A DNA stretch of 64,000 nt from Balanoglossus misakiensis (Eukaryota; Animalia; Hemichordata). The notes under the pieces are model-generated. The model searched no databases. It saw nothing but the letters and a program-made list of their open reading frames with translations, and was not told the origin of the DNA. Below, in pieces: positions 13,886 through 27,545 of this stretch. The stretch spans positions 12,463,834-12,527,833 of the forward strand of contig CM082579.2 of the NCBI GenBank assembly GCA_040954595.2, in the 5' to 3' direction. Each line of letters opens with the position of its first letter. The stretch's first letter is position 1. Position numbers and translations under genes: made by a program.

Positions 13886-15407
13886 GCAGTTTCTTGAAAT
13901 GTTTGAAGATGGACGTCTCAAAGAGCAGAAGCTGAAATCAGCAGACCGAATTTCAAGACCAGACTTCAAACCATACAAGTTCAAGCATATCAAAGTTGTG
14001 GATGTCCAGACAATACAGTCACTTCAAAAAGATGCAATAGACCATAATATATAGTTTGAACAATTCACACAGGAAAGCGCTATCCTGTCAAAACTTAGGC
14101 GTGTTCAACGTACCTTCATCCATGAGACAGGAGTTTGTGATTTTGAAGAGGCGGTAAGGACATATCCCCATGAAACAACATGGGAACGACTTTTGAGATT
14201 CACAAACTGAAAATTCAATGCACTGAAAATACCAGAGACCTTCGTGCAGAATTGTCAAAGAGTAAAGAGGGTGAAATCTGAGGGACTTAATGTCAGTCCA
14301 GCAAGCATTTACCCTGGTAATGGAGGTAACTGAGGAATCATCTTTTAGGCACATGTGCTGAAGTTGCACCAAAATGTTATCAAGGAAAATGGGGTGAACC
14401 GTAATGGATTCGACCTGGCTGTTGTTGATGTTTCTAGTGAGAGTTATTTCGTTTTTTTATAGCAGGGTAATAATATTGCTAAGGCATTGGAATGGGCATA
14501 TTTTCTGTGCTGGAATGGGCAAGTATTCTGTGCTGGCAGGCATATTTCTGGAGTGCGAGACAGGACGTGCTGGAGAAGGATGGTGAGTGTGCTGTAACTT
14601 GCACAAGGAAAAAACAACTAAAACTGTATGAGCATCTCATCAACGATTTTACATCACCAGGGTCATGGATGCTTGATGCAATGTGTGGTGCAGGTGAGAT
14701 ACAACATATAGGGTACACCACTCCACAATCCAGCTAACTGTGGTCACAACCGGGATACTGACAAATGGACATCATCAGTGTTCTCCCCAGAGCAATTAAA
14801 GAGTATTAGCTAATACCCCCTTTTATTTGTGGGAAACGTAAGAAAAGAATGTTTTTTTCACAACAATGAATTGCATTATTATGCAAATAAGTCGATACGT
14901 TATTAGGAATTGCTAGGGAAAACACTCGTATTCATTTTTGAAAAGAATAGAGTAACCTGCATATGTAAAAAGTTTGTCTGTGAAAGTTTACCTTTGGTGC
15001 TTGTTTTGCGCAAAATGAGTGGTGTGGAAGGGCTGTTAGGCCAATAATCTTTATTTCCTGGCTCTGTTTTGAAAGTTGACATGCAGTAATCCCATAAGGC
15101 TAGCACATGGTTTTTCTGTCAGTGAACCTGTAGTAATGCTGGTATTGTTTCCAGCAATATATTTTATATACAATTATATCAACTCAAGGGAGGTTACAGG
15201 TAGATGACAGGTAAAGACATAGTTTTGTAATATGTACACTGTAATGCAAAGACCCCATTTTTTGCAATGACTATGTTAACATTTACAAATATTTCGCATT
15301 ATTCAGGCACTGCTGTAATTGATGGTCTGACAAATGATGTCAGCGTAGTAGGAATTGACACTGATGAGAGCTGTATCTCGGATATCTTACTGCAAAGTGG
15401 GATATGA
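13886..15407 (+). pseudogene. Spliced pseudogene with N6/N4 DNA amino-methyltransferase (N6_N4_Mtase-like) motifs
   Basis: One frame over 13886-14436 (4 stops) ends in GFDLAVVDVS, which resembles motif IV. An exon ending at 14693 (KKQLKLYEHLINDFTSPGSWMLDAMCGAG|gtgag) joins in phase to an exon at 15307 (GTAVIDGLTNDVSVVGIDTD..*), giving SAM-binding motifs X/I/II. Confidence 0.65.
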
Positions 15408-16256
15408 TTCTCTTTCTGGGCTAATAGACCAAGATCTGGAGTTTGATTGATGAGGGTTTTGATCAGATGTTCATACAGTACACTCATACAGTCCTGTATA
15501 GGCTGTATGTTCACAAAAACCAAAGGACCACTGGTATAGTTGACACTATTTGAAACTTATTTACTCAGTGAGTCTGGTGGCGTATGTATGACAGATCTGA
15601 GGTACATAACTTTTGTACGAAACCCCAAGCGAGTTGAAGTTTTATTTTATACAAAGACCGATGTCACACGTACAGTTTTTTTATGTACAACATTGTAGCA
15701 ATTTTCCGTATGTATGCGCGCGCTCTGAAATCACGCGATGTCAACTGAGTTTGAAGAAGCTGTTTCGCGTCGTGTTGTCTGCTCAGTTTTCGTGGCTAAA
15801 ACGAAAGGAATAATACTCCAGGTGGCTTAGAATTGCACAAATCGGGAGGTTTGAGTGCCATAGAAACTGCAGATATCGTGGAACAGGAAGATTAGTGTTA
15901 AAATCATTGTTTTGACTAGAAATATTGACCTCCGAGTTATTCTACGTTTGTGTCGGTGCCAAACAGACACGATGTTACACAGCAGCCAAATAGAATCGGA
16001 GAATGATGAAGAAATGTTATCACGATACTTTGGATTTTATCTGTCGGGAATTGTATTGTTTTCTCAGACGAGGTGACAGGCTGCCATGGCATCTCGCGGT
16101 TCCGTTTTCAATATTGAATTTGATATTTTGATTGTATTTACGTATCTTACGGGTCTTCGCATTCATCGGAAGCTATCGTGCATCGCTGAAATGTGACTCG
16201 TCATAAACGAAAATAATTTCACAACAATACCCAATAAAACATTTCCAGACATTTAG

Positions 16257-16350
16257 AAGTGTGTAGACTTTTCTGGTAGTTGTCTTTTCAGTGTTAAAGT
16301 CACAAGTGTGTAGACTTTTCTGGTAGTTGTCTTTTTAGTGTTAAAGTCAC
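16257..16350 (+). repeat. Tandem duplication, 2 x 47 bp
   Basis: AAGTGTGTAGACTTTTCTGGTAGTTGTCTTTT(C/T)AGTGTTAAAGTCAC occurs twice, with 1 mismatch. Confidence 0.9.
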
Positions 16351-16500
16351 GCTGAACTGCTAAAATTTACACAGACTCGCCGGCAACAATCAAACAGTGT
16401 ACGAGTGTGTGTACTCTATAACTACCTTCATTCGACAACTAGACGGTAAACGTTTATACAGTGGACTAATGTTTTAAAACCGGTCGTCAGTCAGGACGTA

Positions 16501-17030
16501 GTGGACAACTCTCTACGAAAAAAAAACGGAAAAGGGACTCGCGTTGGCAAGACTCTTGGCAGAGAGTTTATTCCTGGCTTGAACAACCTGAAGGCGATCG
16601 TGGAATGCGGTGCAAAGTATGCCAATATGCAGGCAAAGATAACTCGATCATTTACGTCCGAGAAAGGGTGCTGCAATTTCAGAATGTCAACTCTTCGCCG
16701 CCACGCCGAGAACGGTAAGCATAAAGACGTCATGGTAGAAATGTCGCAACGGTCAAATTTAAAGAGTGTCGTCTCAAATGCAGTAACCCAGAAAGAGGAT
16801 GCGATACTAGTCGCCATGAAGGCCGTGTATTGGCTCGCGAAGGAAGCCGTGGCCACTGATAAATACGCATCGGTTTTGGACTTGCTAAAAGCTGCACGAT
16901 GCGAACCCGTCAACAATCTCGATGCCGGCAAATACGCAACCTATCGATCCCACACTACCGTGGAAGAACTACAACAAGCTATAGCGGAAACAATCAAAGC
17001 GACGTTGTCGAATAAATTAAAGACTGTGAA
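16501..17030 (+). pseudogene. hAT (ZNF862/C17orf113-like) transposase N-terminal fragment
   Basis: GCCNFRMSTLRRHAENGKHK (TTF-type zinc finger end), AVYWLAKEAVATDKY, ATYRSH; truncated before the catalytic domain. Confidence 0.7.
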
Positions 17031-17654
17031 TTGTACTTCTCACGTACGTTATTGCAAGGGTATTGTGCACGATTGGAACCTATGTGAAAAATAGTTGTAG
17101 ATATTCAAGCTCCTGTGGGTCGATCTTCACAAAATTTTCAGGTAAAATTGCACCTAATGCTGGGAAAATACTAAAATCATATGCAGAGTCACTGGGCATT
17201 GATGTCAACAAATTCAATACCAAAAAAAGGAAATCCAAGGCAGGGACTATGACAGGGGTCAAGGAGAAATAAGCTAAGAGGACCAGGGGGAGAAGTTTCA
17301 TTACCCTAGCCCCGAAGTGCCAAGATACTGCGAGAGGCATTAATGCTGAAAATAATAAACGGAGAAGTAGAAATTGGTCAACTGGTTGCACCTAGGACAT
17401 TCTTAAAGTAAACAATTGACAAAGATTGCCACCTAAAAGAAGAGACCTTCACTGCCTTTGCTCGGAAAATACCATTGATAAAGCTTAAAAAAAAACGAAC
17501 TGAGGAGACAGGATAATCTTGTTTTTGTGCGTGCCAATGCTGACCAAATATTTTGATGAATTTGAAGAGAAGGAACTAAAACAACAACTTAAAATGAATA
17601 CACTATGACCCCAGTGATGACACCACCAGTCCTAGTATGAAACAGATTAAGCAG

Positions 17655-17765
17655 ACGCCATTTCAAGATGTGGTATGAACACAGCAGTATAGCAAACCAC
17701 TCATACATTGTATTCATGGTCACCTGGCTGCATGGCCCAGCCACATTCTACACCCGTGCAGAAGT
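17655..17765 (+). pseudogene. Short DNA-transposase fragment, possibly Academ-type
   Basis: Translates as RRHFKMWYEHSSIANHSYIVFMVTWLHGPATFYTRAE, resembling a W-H-D-H-S-x-I-x-N-H..YDPA-F-T motif recalled from Academ-like transposases. Confidence 0.35.
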
Positions 17766-19052
17766 AGTAATCAGATGCAAATCATAACTGTATTGTTATG
17801 CAATTAACGCTAAAACGTAAAGATTGCACTGAGTACGTACGCGCATCTTCATTCGTGGTCTACAGAAAATCAGCTAGCCTAATCGCCCACCTGATTGAAG
17901 GTGAAACTTCGATAACAGGATAGGTATGTATATTAACTCTAATTTCAGAGCGATTTTAGTTATTTTCTGATTGATTATTTAAGAAATTTTAAAAGAAAAA
18001 CAAGTGAAAATCCGTGTACACTGAAACAGAATGTTGAGTTTCAATTTTAGCGCCACGTACAAATTCTAACCAAGAGACATCATGGTGATTTTTTTTATTA
18101 CTTTTAAGTTTTGTATCAAAGTGTATAAGGCCTACTTATAAATGTTGTTCGCTGCTATTTTCTGACAAGTAAGTTAAATGCATTTTGGTCAAAAGTTTGT
18201 GAGATCGCCTGTACTGTGGAGTGACCGTGACTAGAATTAAAAAGAATTGGCAGGAACGTTTATCCGCAGGAGAGACAAATCAATAATGATAAATGACAAT
18301 AAAGACCTTCTAATTATATTTGGAAATAAATGAGTATCAGGAACTGCAATAAATTGGGCCTGTGATCTGTTGTTTCTATCATTTTACTGCGGTGCCGCAA
18401 CATAAAACTTTTTGACCTTTGTTTGTTTACTTGTAATGACCCCAATTAACTCATTACCTCAGAATGGCGTTGATCAGTGTACATGTTCGTTCGCTTAATG
18501 TGCAGGGATGGAAAAGCTTCAACCGTCAGCTGCTCTGGAATTCTCACAGACATCTAGTCAAGATCCAGACTACGTACCAGAAGATTATGATTAGCCCGTG
18601 TTGGTACTTATTTCAACGGAGTTTCCCGTTTGAGTTACACACTCCGTCACAACATGACTTTGAGTTAAATGACAAGTAATCTAATTTTATGATCAACACG
18701 TCGAACTAATACTATACACCTTATTCACGCGTCAGCCATGTTGATACCAAAACGAGGCTGTAAACGCTACGTAAGTCATGTAAGGTCAACGACCGTAACC
18801 AGGGAGCAAAATGGTCGCGCTGAAAAAAGCAGACGACATTTCGCCGGCTCAGATTTACTCATCGTGGACGAGTAGTCTGGCAAACGTGCCCGACATTTCT
18901 TTTGGCGACGTCAGTGTAATTGTGAAAGCCGTATCAAAAGCTCCAAGAACAATTTAAGAAAAGGTTTCAAGTTCTCCCATAGACCACTTCGCGGATAGGG
19001 TAACTGCAATGCATGATGGTACATTTTGCGTTCATCAGATCATATGACCAAA

Positions 19053-21906
19053 ATGGCGGGAGTCGACAGGATGAATGTCGGTCAGCTACAAGAATTTTTG
19101 CGCTCTCGGGGCATCCCTTATTCCCGCAGAAGGAAAGACGAGTTGATCATATTGGTAAAGAATTCCCAAAATTATAACGTAAATACGAACACCCAGGAGG
19201 AAGCAAAAACATTGGAAAGGGAGGTGGCGAGTTTGTTGTCGTTAGAAGGTGGACCGATCAAATTGCCAGACCCTGCGAAATTTGATGTCGGCTGGGAACG
19301 AAGCGCAGAGCACTTTCCGGAAACCACTCGTTCAGAGTTTGAAGAATACCTCGAAACAAGTAAGGCACATATTGTTAAATGTTTTTTTTTCTTCCCCGTA
19401 GTTAGCGCCTTCGACCGAAAGATTTTTGTCGTTGAGGTACACATGATAAGACTGACTGGGGAGGGACCGTTGGGCAAGGTGTAATAGGGGAATATTACTA
19501 TCGACGGGTTCTTGAAAATACAAGTAGGCGAGAGACGGGTGTCTGCTATATACCAATAGTGACTACTTTATATTGCTTAGAGTAGACAACGGCTACCTGC
19601 CGAGAGATTAGAATGTCAATGTGTTAAGTCTCCCCAGTCTGGTCCCCTTAAAAATCTGGATTTGAATTTGTTGAACCTTAGATTATATAGACTCTTATGT
19701 CTTGGGTTGATGAAATGACTGACACTAGTGACAGGATTTGGTTAACTGCCCAGTAACATATATTGTGTGATATACTTTATATTTGACTTTTAAATATTTT
19801 GTTGTTGTATTTGTTTTTCAGAACACAAATTAAGCAAAATATCGCAAGGTAATAAACCAGTAAAGGAAGGAGAGAGCCTGTATCTTTCTGGCCATGTCAC
19901 TGGTGTCGAGTACCACAGCATTAGTCCAAATCTCAGTTACTGCTTTATTAGAGCCACAGTTGGACGCCAGAAGGCCCAGACCGAGGCACCCTACAATATC
20001 TGGGTTGTGATTCACAAACATACAGGAAGTGTGAAATCAGCTTATTGTTCATGTCCTGCAGGGTAAGTGCTCGTGTGTATTATTCATGTATGTTGAAAAA
20101 AATCTATCAAATTAATGTTCTCCAAAAAGGTTTCTGGCCAAGTGATGGTTATTTTACATCATACGTGTAAATGTAACTGTTAATAAAATAATGAGTTTCT
20201 ATTTTTTACCAAAAATTACAGAGCAGCAGATGCCACTCTTCAATTTCTCTGGGGACAACACTGCCTGTAAATATCACAGAAATGACCCAGATATAATGTG
20301 ATATCTTTTGTTTCAGTTTACGAGGTTACTGTAAACATGTTACAGCGCTGCTGCATTTTATCGTGCGAGAGGTGGAAGGAGGCAGAACAAAAGCGTGCCC
20401 TCAAGGCCGCAAGAATGGCATAAACCTCATAGGAAAGGGAAGAAGATTCATCGACCAGATTTTGTGAAAAACCTTACTGTGCGCAAGGTGAAAGGAACCT
20501 TTGACAGCAACATCACTGATGATGGCAAACCAAAACGATGTGACTTTGATCCGCGAGCTGTGATTTATCAACGAGAAAAGACATTAACTGATTTTAACTT
20601 GGATGAGTTATCTGAAATTACATATGGCAATTGTGGTGTTTTATTGTATGCCCCAGGATATGCATATGTTACTCAGAATACTGATGCATTTGATACAGAT
20701 GAAATTGTCCCATTCATATCACAAAACATCATTAAAGCAAATCCAGGTATAACGGTGAAAGAATTTGAAGAAAAGTTGATGTGTAGACTAGGTAACACTG
20801 ATAGTGATATGATTACACAAATTTCTGTTGAGACAGCCAAACAGATATCATCACCTGTTTAGTACAAAGTCAGAGAAGGTCGCATCACTGCATCAAAGGT
20901 GTTTGAATGTATCCATAAAGTTGGGAATGATGGGAATGACCAGAAATACCAGTCTTGTTGGTTCTGTGATGGGTTATGCAGAAACATTCCAATCAAAAGA
21001 AATGCAATGGGGGAAAAGAACGGAGAGAACAAGCATGAACCATTATATTGCAGTAGAAAAAAAGAAACATAAACAGCTGAGTGTACAAGATACGGGATTT
21101 CATATATCTGAGGATTTTCCAGTCATTGGTGCCTCACCTGATAGCCTTGTTGATTGTGTGTGTTGTGGTAAAGGTGTTCTGGAAGTAAAAAATCCTTATA
21201 CTACCAGACATCTTTCCATTCAACAAATTGCAGATGAAAAACAAAGTTGTCTTATCAAAGCAGGCGATGATATCAAACTCAATCCCAAACACCCATATTA
21301 TGCCCAGTTACAATGTCAGATGTTTGCAACAAAGAGAAAGTATGCAACATTTGTACTGAGATCATGTGCAAAACAAAACAACATACATGTACATATTGAG
21401 ACAGTCCATCGTGATGATAACTTTATAACATCAATGGTTGAGAAATGTAAAGTCTGTTACAGTGCTAATATTGTACCTGAGCTGTATGACCCCCAGGTTA
21501 AGCATGTCTATAATGTGAAAATGGTGCAAAAAGTTGTAAATACCATTGTAAATGAATCGGTCACCTTGGCTGAGTGTGAGCACCAGGGTAATGTTGATGT
21601 AGAGACGACAAAATCTAGTGATCCTTCTGTTGATGACAAAGAGTGTAAGGAGCTGTCCCAGTCTGTAATTGATCAACCAGCTCTGGCAACATATCATGAT
21701 GGATGCAATAATGTTCACATAGGATCTGTAGATGTTTTGTGTGCAATCTGTAAATCTCTTCAGGTAGTGAACAGAGTATTTGTTGTGATGGCTGTGAAAA
21801 GTGGTTTCATTATCCGTGTGTTGAAGTAACTGGAAATGAACGATTTCTGAATATGTCATGTACATGGTATTGTTCATATTGCGTCCAATCTAAAAAACGG
21901 AAATGA
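19053..21906 (+). pseudogene. SAP + SWIM + YqaJ + PHD gene of ISL2EU-B, frameshifted
   Basis: Exons 19053-19359 (SAP-like MNVGQLQEFLRSRGIP..KDELI), 19822-20062 (AYCSCPAG) and 20337 onward (YCKH; GASPD; EVKNP; YYAQLQCQM); C-terminal PHD CAIC..CDGCEKWFHYPC..WYCSYC; several frameshifts. Confidence 0.85.
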
Positions 21907-21940
21907 TAATTTTTTTTGAAACCAGTAGCATCCATGTTAA

Positions 21941-22193
21941 AGGGACAAAGTCTCTCTCTAACTGCGCTTTTCCGGCAAAATGAATAGTTGGTGTTTACCT
22001 TTGATCCTCGAGCTGTGATTTATCAACGAGAAAAGACATTAACCTACAAATGTATCCTACAAACGGGATGGAAGTAGTTGTGTGCGGTCGAACGTTGATT
22101 CACTACATATCCACTTGAGGAATAAAATAATGATGTCTTGTATCAAACATAATTAATGGAAAAAGGGCAGCGAGAGAGAGAGACTTTGTCCCT
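21941..22193. mobile_element. Small TTAA-targeting MITE (Kolobok-like) inside ISL2EU-B
   Basis: TTAA|AGGGACAAAGTCTCTCTCT ... AGAGAGAGACTTTGTCCCT|TTAA. Confidence 0.85.
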
Positions 22194-23519
22194 TTAATTT
22201 TATGGACTCTCTTTTATGAGTGTTGTCTTATCTAGAGATATACATGCTTAACACTGTTAGCATTGTGTGTTCATATAGCTGAAAACAGAAAAGGTGACAA
22301 CTTTGCTTGTCTGATACGTCTGCATACCCCATCACAGTTCATACAAGTTCACAGTACGATATTTTACTCACAATTCACCATGATTTGTATAATCGAAGGT
22401 TGCCCATTTCATAACTTTTTCTGTTTTAGATACTAACAATGATATGAAGTACATATGATATAAATGTATTTAGTTTTATCTAGGAAAAGTACGTTGAGGA
22501 ATTAGAGAGACCATTTCAAAATCAAAATTTAAAAGCCTATAGGAATCAAAGTATTCATGTACTGCAAATGGCCAGTCTCTGTTGAAAGTTAACATGTAAA
22601 TTTCCTTTGTTCTGTCAATAGAAAAATCAATATCTTTTTTGTTTGATTAAATGGGTGATTCAAGTGTCCCTGCTTTACTTAAAACTTTTTTCTGTATGGC
22701 TGGCTATGCAATTGCTTGATTATTTTATAAAATTAGTATCTCCTCTCTCAATAATGCATGATTTTTAAATCATTTGAAACGGTAATTGACAATAAAATTC
22801 ACCTTTAAAGTATGCTCTCAAAATGTGTATTAGTGGTCTACAATTTTCTCTTCGCATGTGAACTTTGCCTGGTTTGACTGAGTAATCTCTGATGGTACAA
22901 ATCAGAATGAATCATGGGATATTTCACGTACTGTGAAGTTGTGAAGATAACACTGCAGGTAAAAAGAATCTGCTCATTTGTGTGTTAGTTACAGCAGGCA
23001 CCACAGGTGTCAATGGAATTAATATGTAAAGCAAGGCCTTGAAATGTTTTGTGTCTTGTAGGATAAAATGTCAGTCAGTGGTTGCATTTATATTGCACTG
23101 GCACAAGCAAGACTCAATGCTGTCTTGGTTTGATAGTATGTGCGTTGGTTTCTTGTATCTACATGTAGAGTATTATAACACAACTTGTACATGACTCATT
23201 TTCTATTTTGTATAAGAAACTTTTGAGGGGGATTGTTTTGGTCGTACATAAGCTTTACTTATCAGTACTTCTCACCCAATAGTTTGCATGGAGATTACCA
23301 CTACAACTCAATGTTTTGATAGAAATTATTAGTACTTTATTGTAAAGTTTGATAAAGAGCTTTTTCCATGAAAAATCACTTCTGAATTATACAGGTATGC
23401 ATTTTATATGCATCACAATACTGAACATTTTATATGTTGTGTTTGCACATCTATACATGCATGTACAAGCAACCAACACTTTATAAGTGTGTCTTTCTTT
23501 TTAATTTGAGTACATTGAT

Positions 23520-25606
23520 GCATTCATACTATCAAGAGATGGCCTTTCTGTCTGTACCTCAGTACAATCTATGATGGCACACACTTTGCCAAATCGTTCA
23601 AAGCATGCTGGGTAGTACTTACTCAGCTCATCTGATGTGGGCCAATGGATGAGGGGTTTCAGTTCAAGGGCAAGAAGTGAAATCCAGGTTGATAGTGTGA
23701 CTCAAACAACAGTACTAGATACTTTAAACATAAATGCCAAGAAATCGTGCATTAAATTGTGGCGCAGCTTCATCAGCGTCATCAAAAACTCGTCTTCCAG
23801 ACAAAGCTTTCGTTTTGGTCCTGGTTTGTATGTATTTTTTTCTTGGTAACACTTCATACCCATGGACGGTTCACCTTTGTAATATTTCATATTTTTTGCT
23901 GGTAATTTGACTTCGTCAAATAACCATCAAAATAAATTATATGATGGTAATCCTGTATGCACCTGGATCAAGTGATCTGAATGTTTAATGGTGTGAATAC
24001 CAAACCACCTTTCTTTCTGAATATTTTCAATTTCTTTTTTAGCTTTACAAAGTGCATTTTCTTTATCTTACAGCTGTTGTTTTAACTCAGCAATTTCTAA
24101 CTCATAATCTACACTTGATTTAGTGTTCTCATGGTCACTGTTAGTTCTGCAGAAAAGTTTGCGTTTTAATCCTGAACTAGGTGCATCTGTTTCCTGGCTA
24201 CCAATGCTATGCTGTTTTGGTGTTTGATTCCCACTTGAAGTGTTTCCTTTATGATGTTTGGCAGAATGTTGAATGTCCGTTCCCTGTCTCACTAAGATTC
24301 ATTGTGTTGATGTTTGGTTCTCACTAGCTATAGAAGGGTAACCTTTCAGGTATAAGGTGGGATGTGGGGACTGCAGCCTGGGCTGTCCGTACTCAAAATG
24401 GTTACTACTTATCCGTGTATGGGCGCTTACATTGAAACCATTGGCACGTCTCAACAAACGCTGCTATTTTGGGTACCATGATGTTTTTGGACATTTATGC
24501 AATCTAATCCCTGCACTATGTCCTAAATGTTGTTTGACATGTGGCATAACAATCCATCTGTTGAGAAAATGCAGCCACTAATTATTGTTTGCCTTTGTCA
24601 TGTAACCAAAATCATATATACCAATTTCCAAATTAAATAAAAGGATTTATGCAAATCCAATAAATTTTAGTAAAATTGAACAATATTTCACTTTAGGTAA
24701 ATTACAAAATATAACACAAATATGACCACAGATGCACTAGCCTTATACTCCACATCTCGAAAACTAAGAATATGCAATATTGACATCTAAATTTGACCAA
24801 TTGCTACATATTAATGTCATGGATTGACATCAATTCTTTGCATCTCAGTAACTATACATACCAGTAGGTGGGATGAACAAGGAAGTGTACTGTGATGGCT
24901 CATAAAACCGAAACCGCAATAGAACCAGTAAAGCTATACAAATAAACTAAAATGAATTAAAATATACACCAAGTTTTAAAAAAATCAAATAAAACAAAAT
25001 CAGAACGAAAAATTACATTATTAAAAAATAATATACATATTTAATTGAACTACTATATGATCTAGTCCAGGGTCCACAAACCACTACAAGCATTTTCTCA
25101 AAGTTTTGTGTCTTTCAGGCTGGTTTTTAATGTCACAGTTTCTTGAAAAGTACAACATTTCAATCAACCAAAACACGACTGAACTGCTAAAATGCAAGTA
25201 GATGAGCTGTGTACACATTACTATACATTGTACATGTGTTTATGACTGACCCGGCATATGCTAACGTACGTACGGTCATTGACCCTAAGTGTACACTACA
25301 CTTTAAAGAAATCGAATTTATTCGTTTAAACCAACATAAAATCCAAACAAAGAGAACAACCCACGGAGAAAATAAATTATTACAGAAAAATGCATGCACA
25401 ACGGGTATAAATCTCGGAACACCTATGTTTGATCAATGTCAATCGTGTGGCGCTATTTCCGGGTTACCGATCAGCCTATATTTTTTACGGAAATCCACTA
25501 AAAATAAAATAAAAATACTACGTCGATTACCAAAACGGCGAGCTACCTACTTTTTTGGTCTATTGTAATCATTTTCACAGCCCCAGAAAGCACAACGATG
25601 CGACAT
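23520..25606 (-). pseudogene. THAP-HTH-DDE_Tnp_4 transposase of ISL2EU-B, 3' half lost
   Basis: Exon 25606-25551 MSHRCAFWGCENDY; second THAP part RISSNHFEYG..PTLYLKGY (~24340-24560); KRKLCLEDEFLMTLMKLR; IIDCTEVQTERPS, after which similarity stops; contains stops and frameshifts. Confidence 0.75.
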
Positions 25607-26094
25607 AATATCGGATTATTACGCAGACGATTTGTTTACAATATTTAAAACTGGCGCCATCTATGTCTACGGAGCTAAGAACGCAAACTGTCCCACAATC
25701 CCATGCGCTATTCTATCCGCGTACAGGTCTATGGATCGTACGTACACGATATGAAAAGTAAGTAGACGTCTGATCGTACCTGATTTGTTTACATTTTTTT
25801 GTAGAGGCGCAAGTGTCATGTATCATCCCATAAATATTGTTAATTGTTGTTTTTTATCCTTTGGGAAAGTTTAAATCGAAATACTGCAATTACAATAGTT
25901 TTCAGCATATTTATATTTTTTTTAATATGCTGTAATCTGATACAAACAAGGACAACAAAAACAAAGGCGCCGAAAGGGCCAGAAGCCTATTTGTCGGCCG
26001 TCCATTTTTCTTGTGCGGATAGAAGAAACATGACTACGGAATCTCATTTCAGTGTGTCCAATATGGAGTGTAATTCATGCCAAAATTAGCACCA

Positions 26095-26430
26095 AGCTTT
26101 TCGATGAGAGCACCCGCTTTTCGATGAGAGTACGTCAGCTTTTCGATGAGAGTATTCACTTTTCCATCAGAGCACACAGCTTTTCGATTAGAGTATTCAC
26201 TTTTCGATAAGAACACCCTCTTTTCGATTAAAGAGCGCCCCTCTTTTCGATGAGAGAACCACAGCTTTTCGATTAGAGTATTCACTTTTCGATGAGAACA
26301 CCCTCTTTTCGATTAAAGAGCGCCCCTCTTTTCGATGAGAGAACCACAGCTTTTCGATTAGAGTATTCACTTTTCGATGAGAACACCCTCTTTTCGATTA
26401 AAGAGCGCCCCTCTTTTCGATGAGAGCACC
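26095..26430 (+). repeat. Left subterminal tandem array (core TTTTCGATRAGAG / TTTTCGATTA)
   Basis: ~17-21-bp units with a ~79-bp higher-order repeat present about three times. Confidence 0.9.
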
Positions 26431-27545
26431 CCAGACGCCCTAGTTCACTGAAGAGTTTTTACAACTCCGCCCGCTGGCGTTTTGCCTACGTCACAACGCG
26501 TCATGGCTACGTCACAACGCGTCACTGGAATTTCCATCAAATTTATAGTAATATGCTAGGGAGATCAGTAAACCGGAAGGTCAAACTTTGACCATGTGCA
26601 TGGGAAACGGCTTCAAAACACGAACCGTTCACCGTGTTGACGCCAGGCCGGAGAAGTGGTTCAGCAGAGAACCAAAACTGGCCAGTAGATTGAGGAAAAT
26701 AGCACAGAATCTCGAGTTCATGGAATCTGAGCTAGTTATACTTTGCGAAACAACGAAACCGCGAAACATGGCGATACCATTATTAAAATAGGGGCCAGTC
26801 ATCAAGACGGTGGCGTATGATTTTTTTTAAAAGTTTCCAAATTAAAATGTAAGCGAGCCAAGAAAACTACAGGTCAGATAAATTGTTTTCTCGGAAAATC
26901 AACATTAGAATCAAATTTGGCGTTGGAAACAAACGGCGGGTCGCCAGTTCCTGGTCTGGGGCCTGGTACTAGTGGTTGCGCGCCAAAAAAGAATCCCGCC
27001 CCAAAAGGTCAATGTACGAGTATATTCACACGGCGAAGGATTAGTTGAAACAAAGCAGTAGTGTCCGTAAGCTTTCGAGGGTCAAACACTGATGGGGGGT
27101 AAGAGTAGTAGTTATATATAGAAACACATGTAACTCACACAACACAGTATCATTGTCGAAATTTCTTTATTATCTTAATTGCAATTCATGCCTCCCCGCC
27201 TTGTGGTATTTAAGGAAATAGTGTCAGTTGCTGCCGCATTTTGAGGTTTCGATATTTTGTGGTTTCGTTGTGCGCGCGCGTATATTGACTGTAGCAGTTT
27301 GGCATGAATCGTTTGCGCGAAGAAAATAAAATTCTAAAAGAAAAAAAAAACAGTTGAAAAATCGCTAAAAGTTAGCCACGAGCGGTTCTAAAATAAACTT
27401 CCATAACGACATGTACACTTGACGCGTTCCAGTCAAAGCAGACCTAAAATGTATCAATTTTTAAGCATTTAACCCATTCAAAATATTCAAATTAGAAAAA
27501 GACGCATATGCATTCTTGGCGTCCCCAGAGACACACGAACGCAAG

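Larger units (their letters stand above)
18981..25730. mobile_element. ISL2EU-type DNA transposon B, nested in exon 1 of element C
   Basis: Imperfect TIRs AGACCacttCGCGGATAG..TTTGCGTTC / GAACGCAAA..CTATCCGCGtacaGGTCT; AT TSD; removing it restores element C's reading frame. Confidence 0.9.

Noticed and set aside
26095-26430. Regularly spaced short repeats (also at 35593-35952) resembling a CRISPR array
   Set aside because: No unique spacers and no cas genes; the context is eukaryotic; the arrays are mirrored subterminal repeats inside a TIR element
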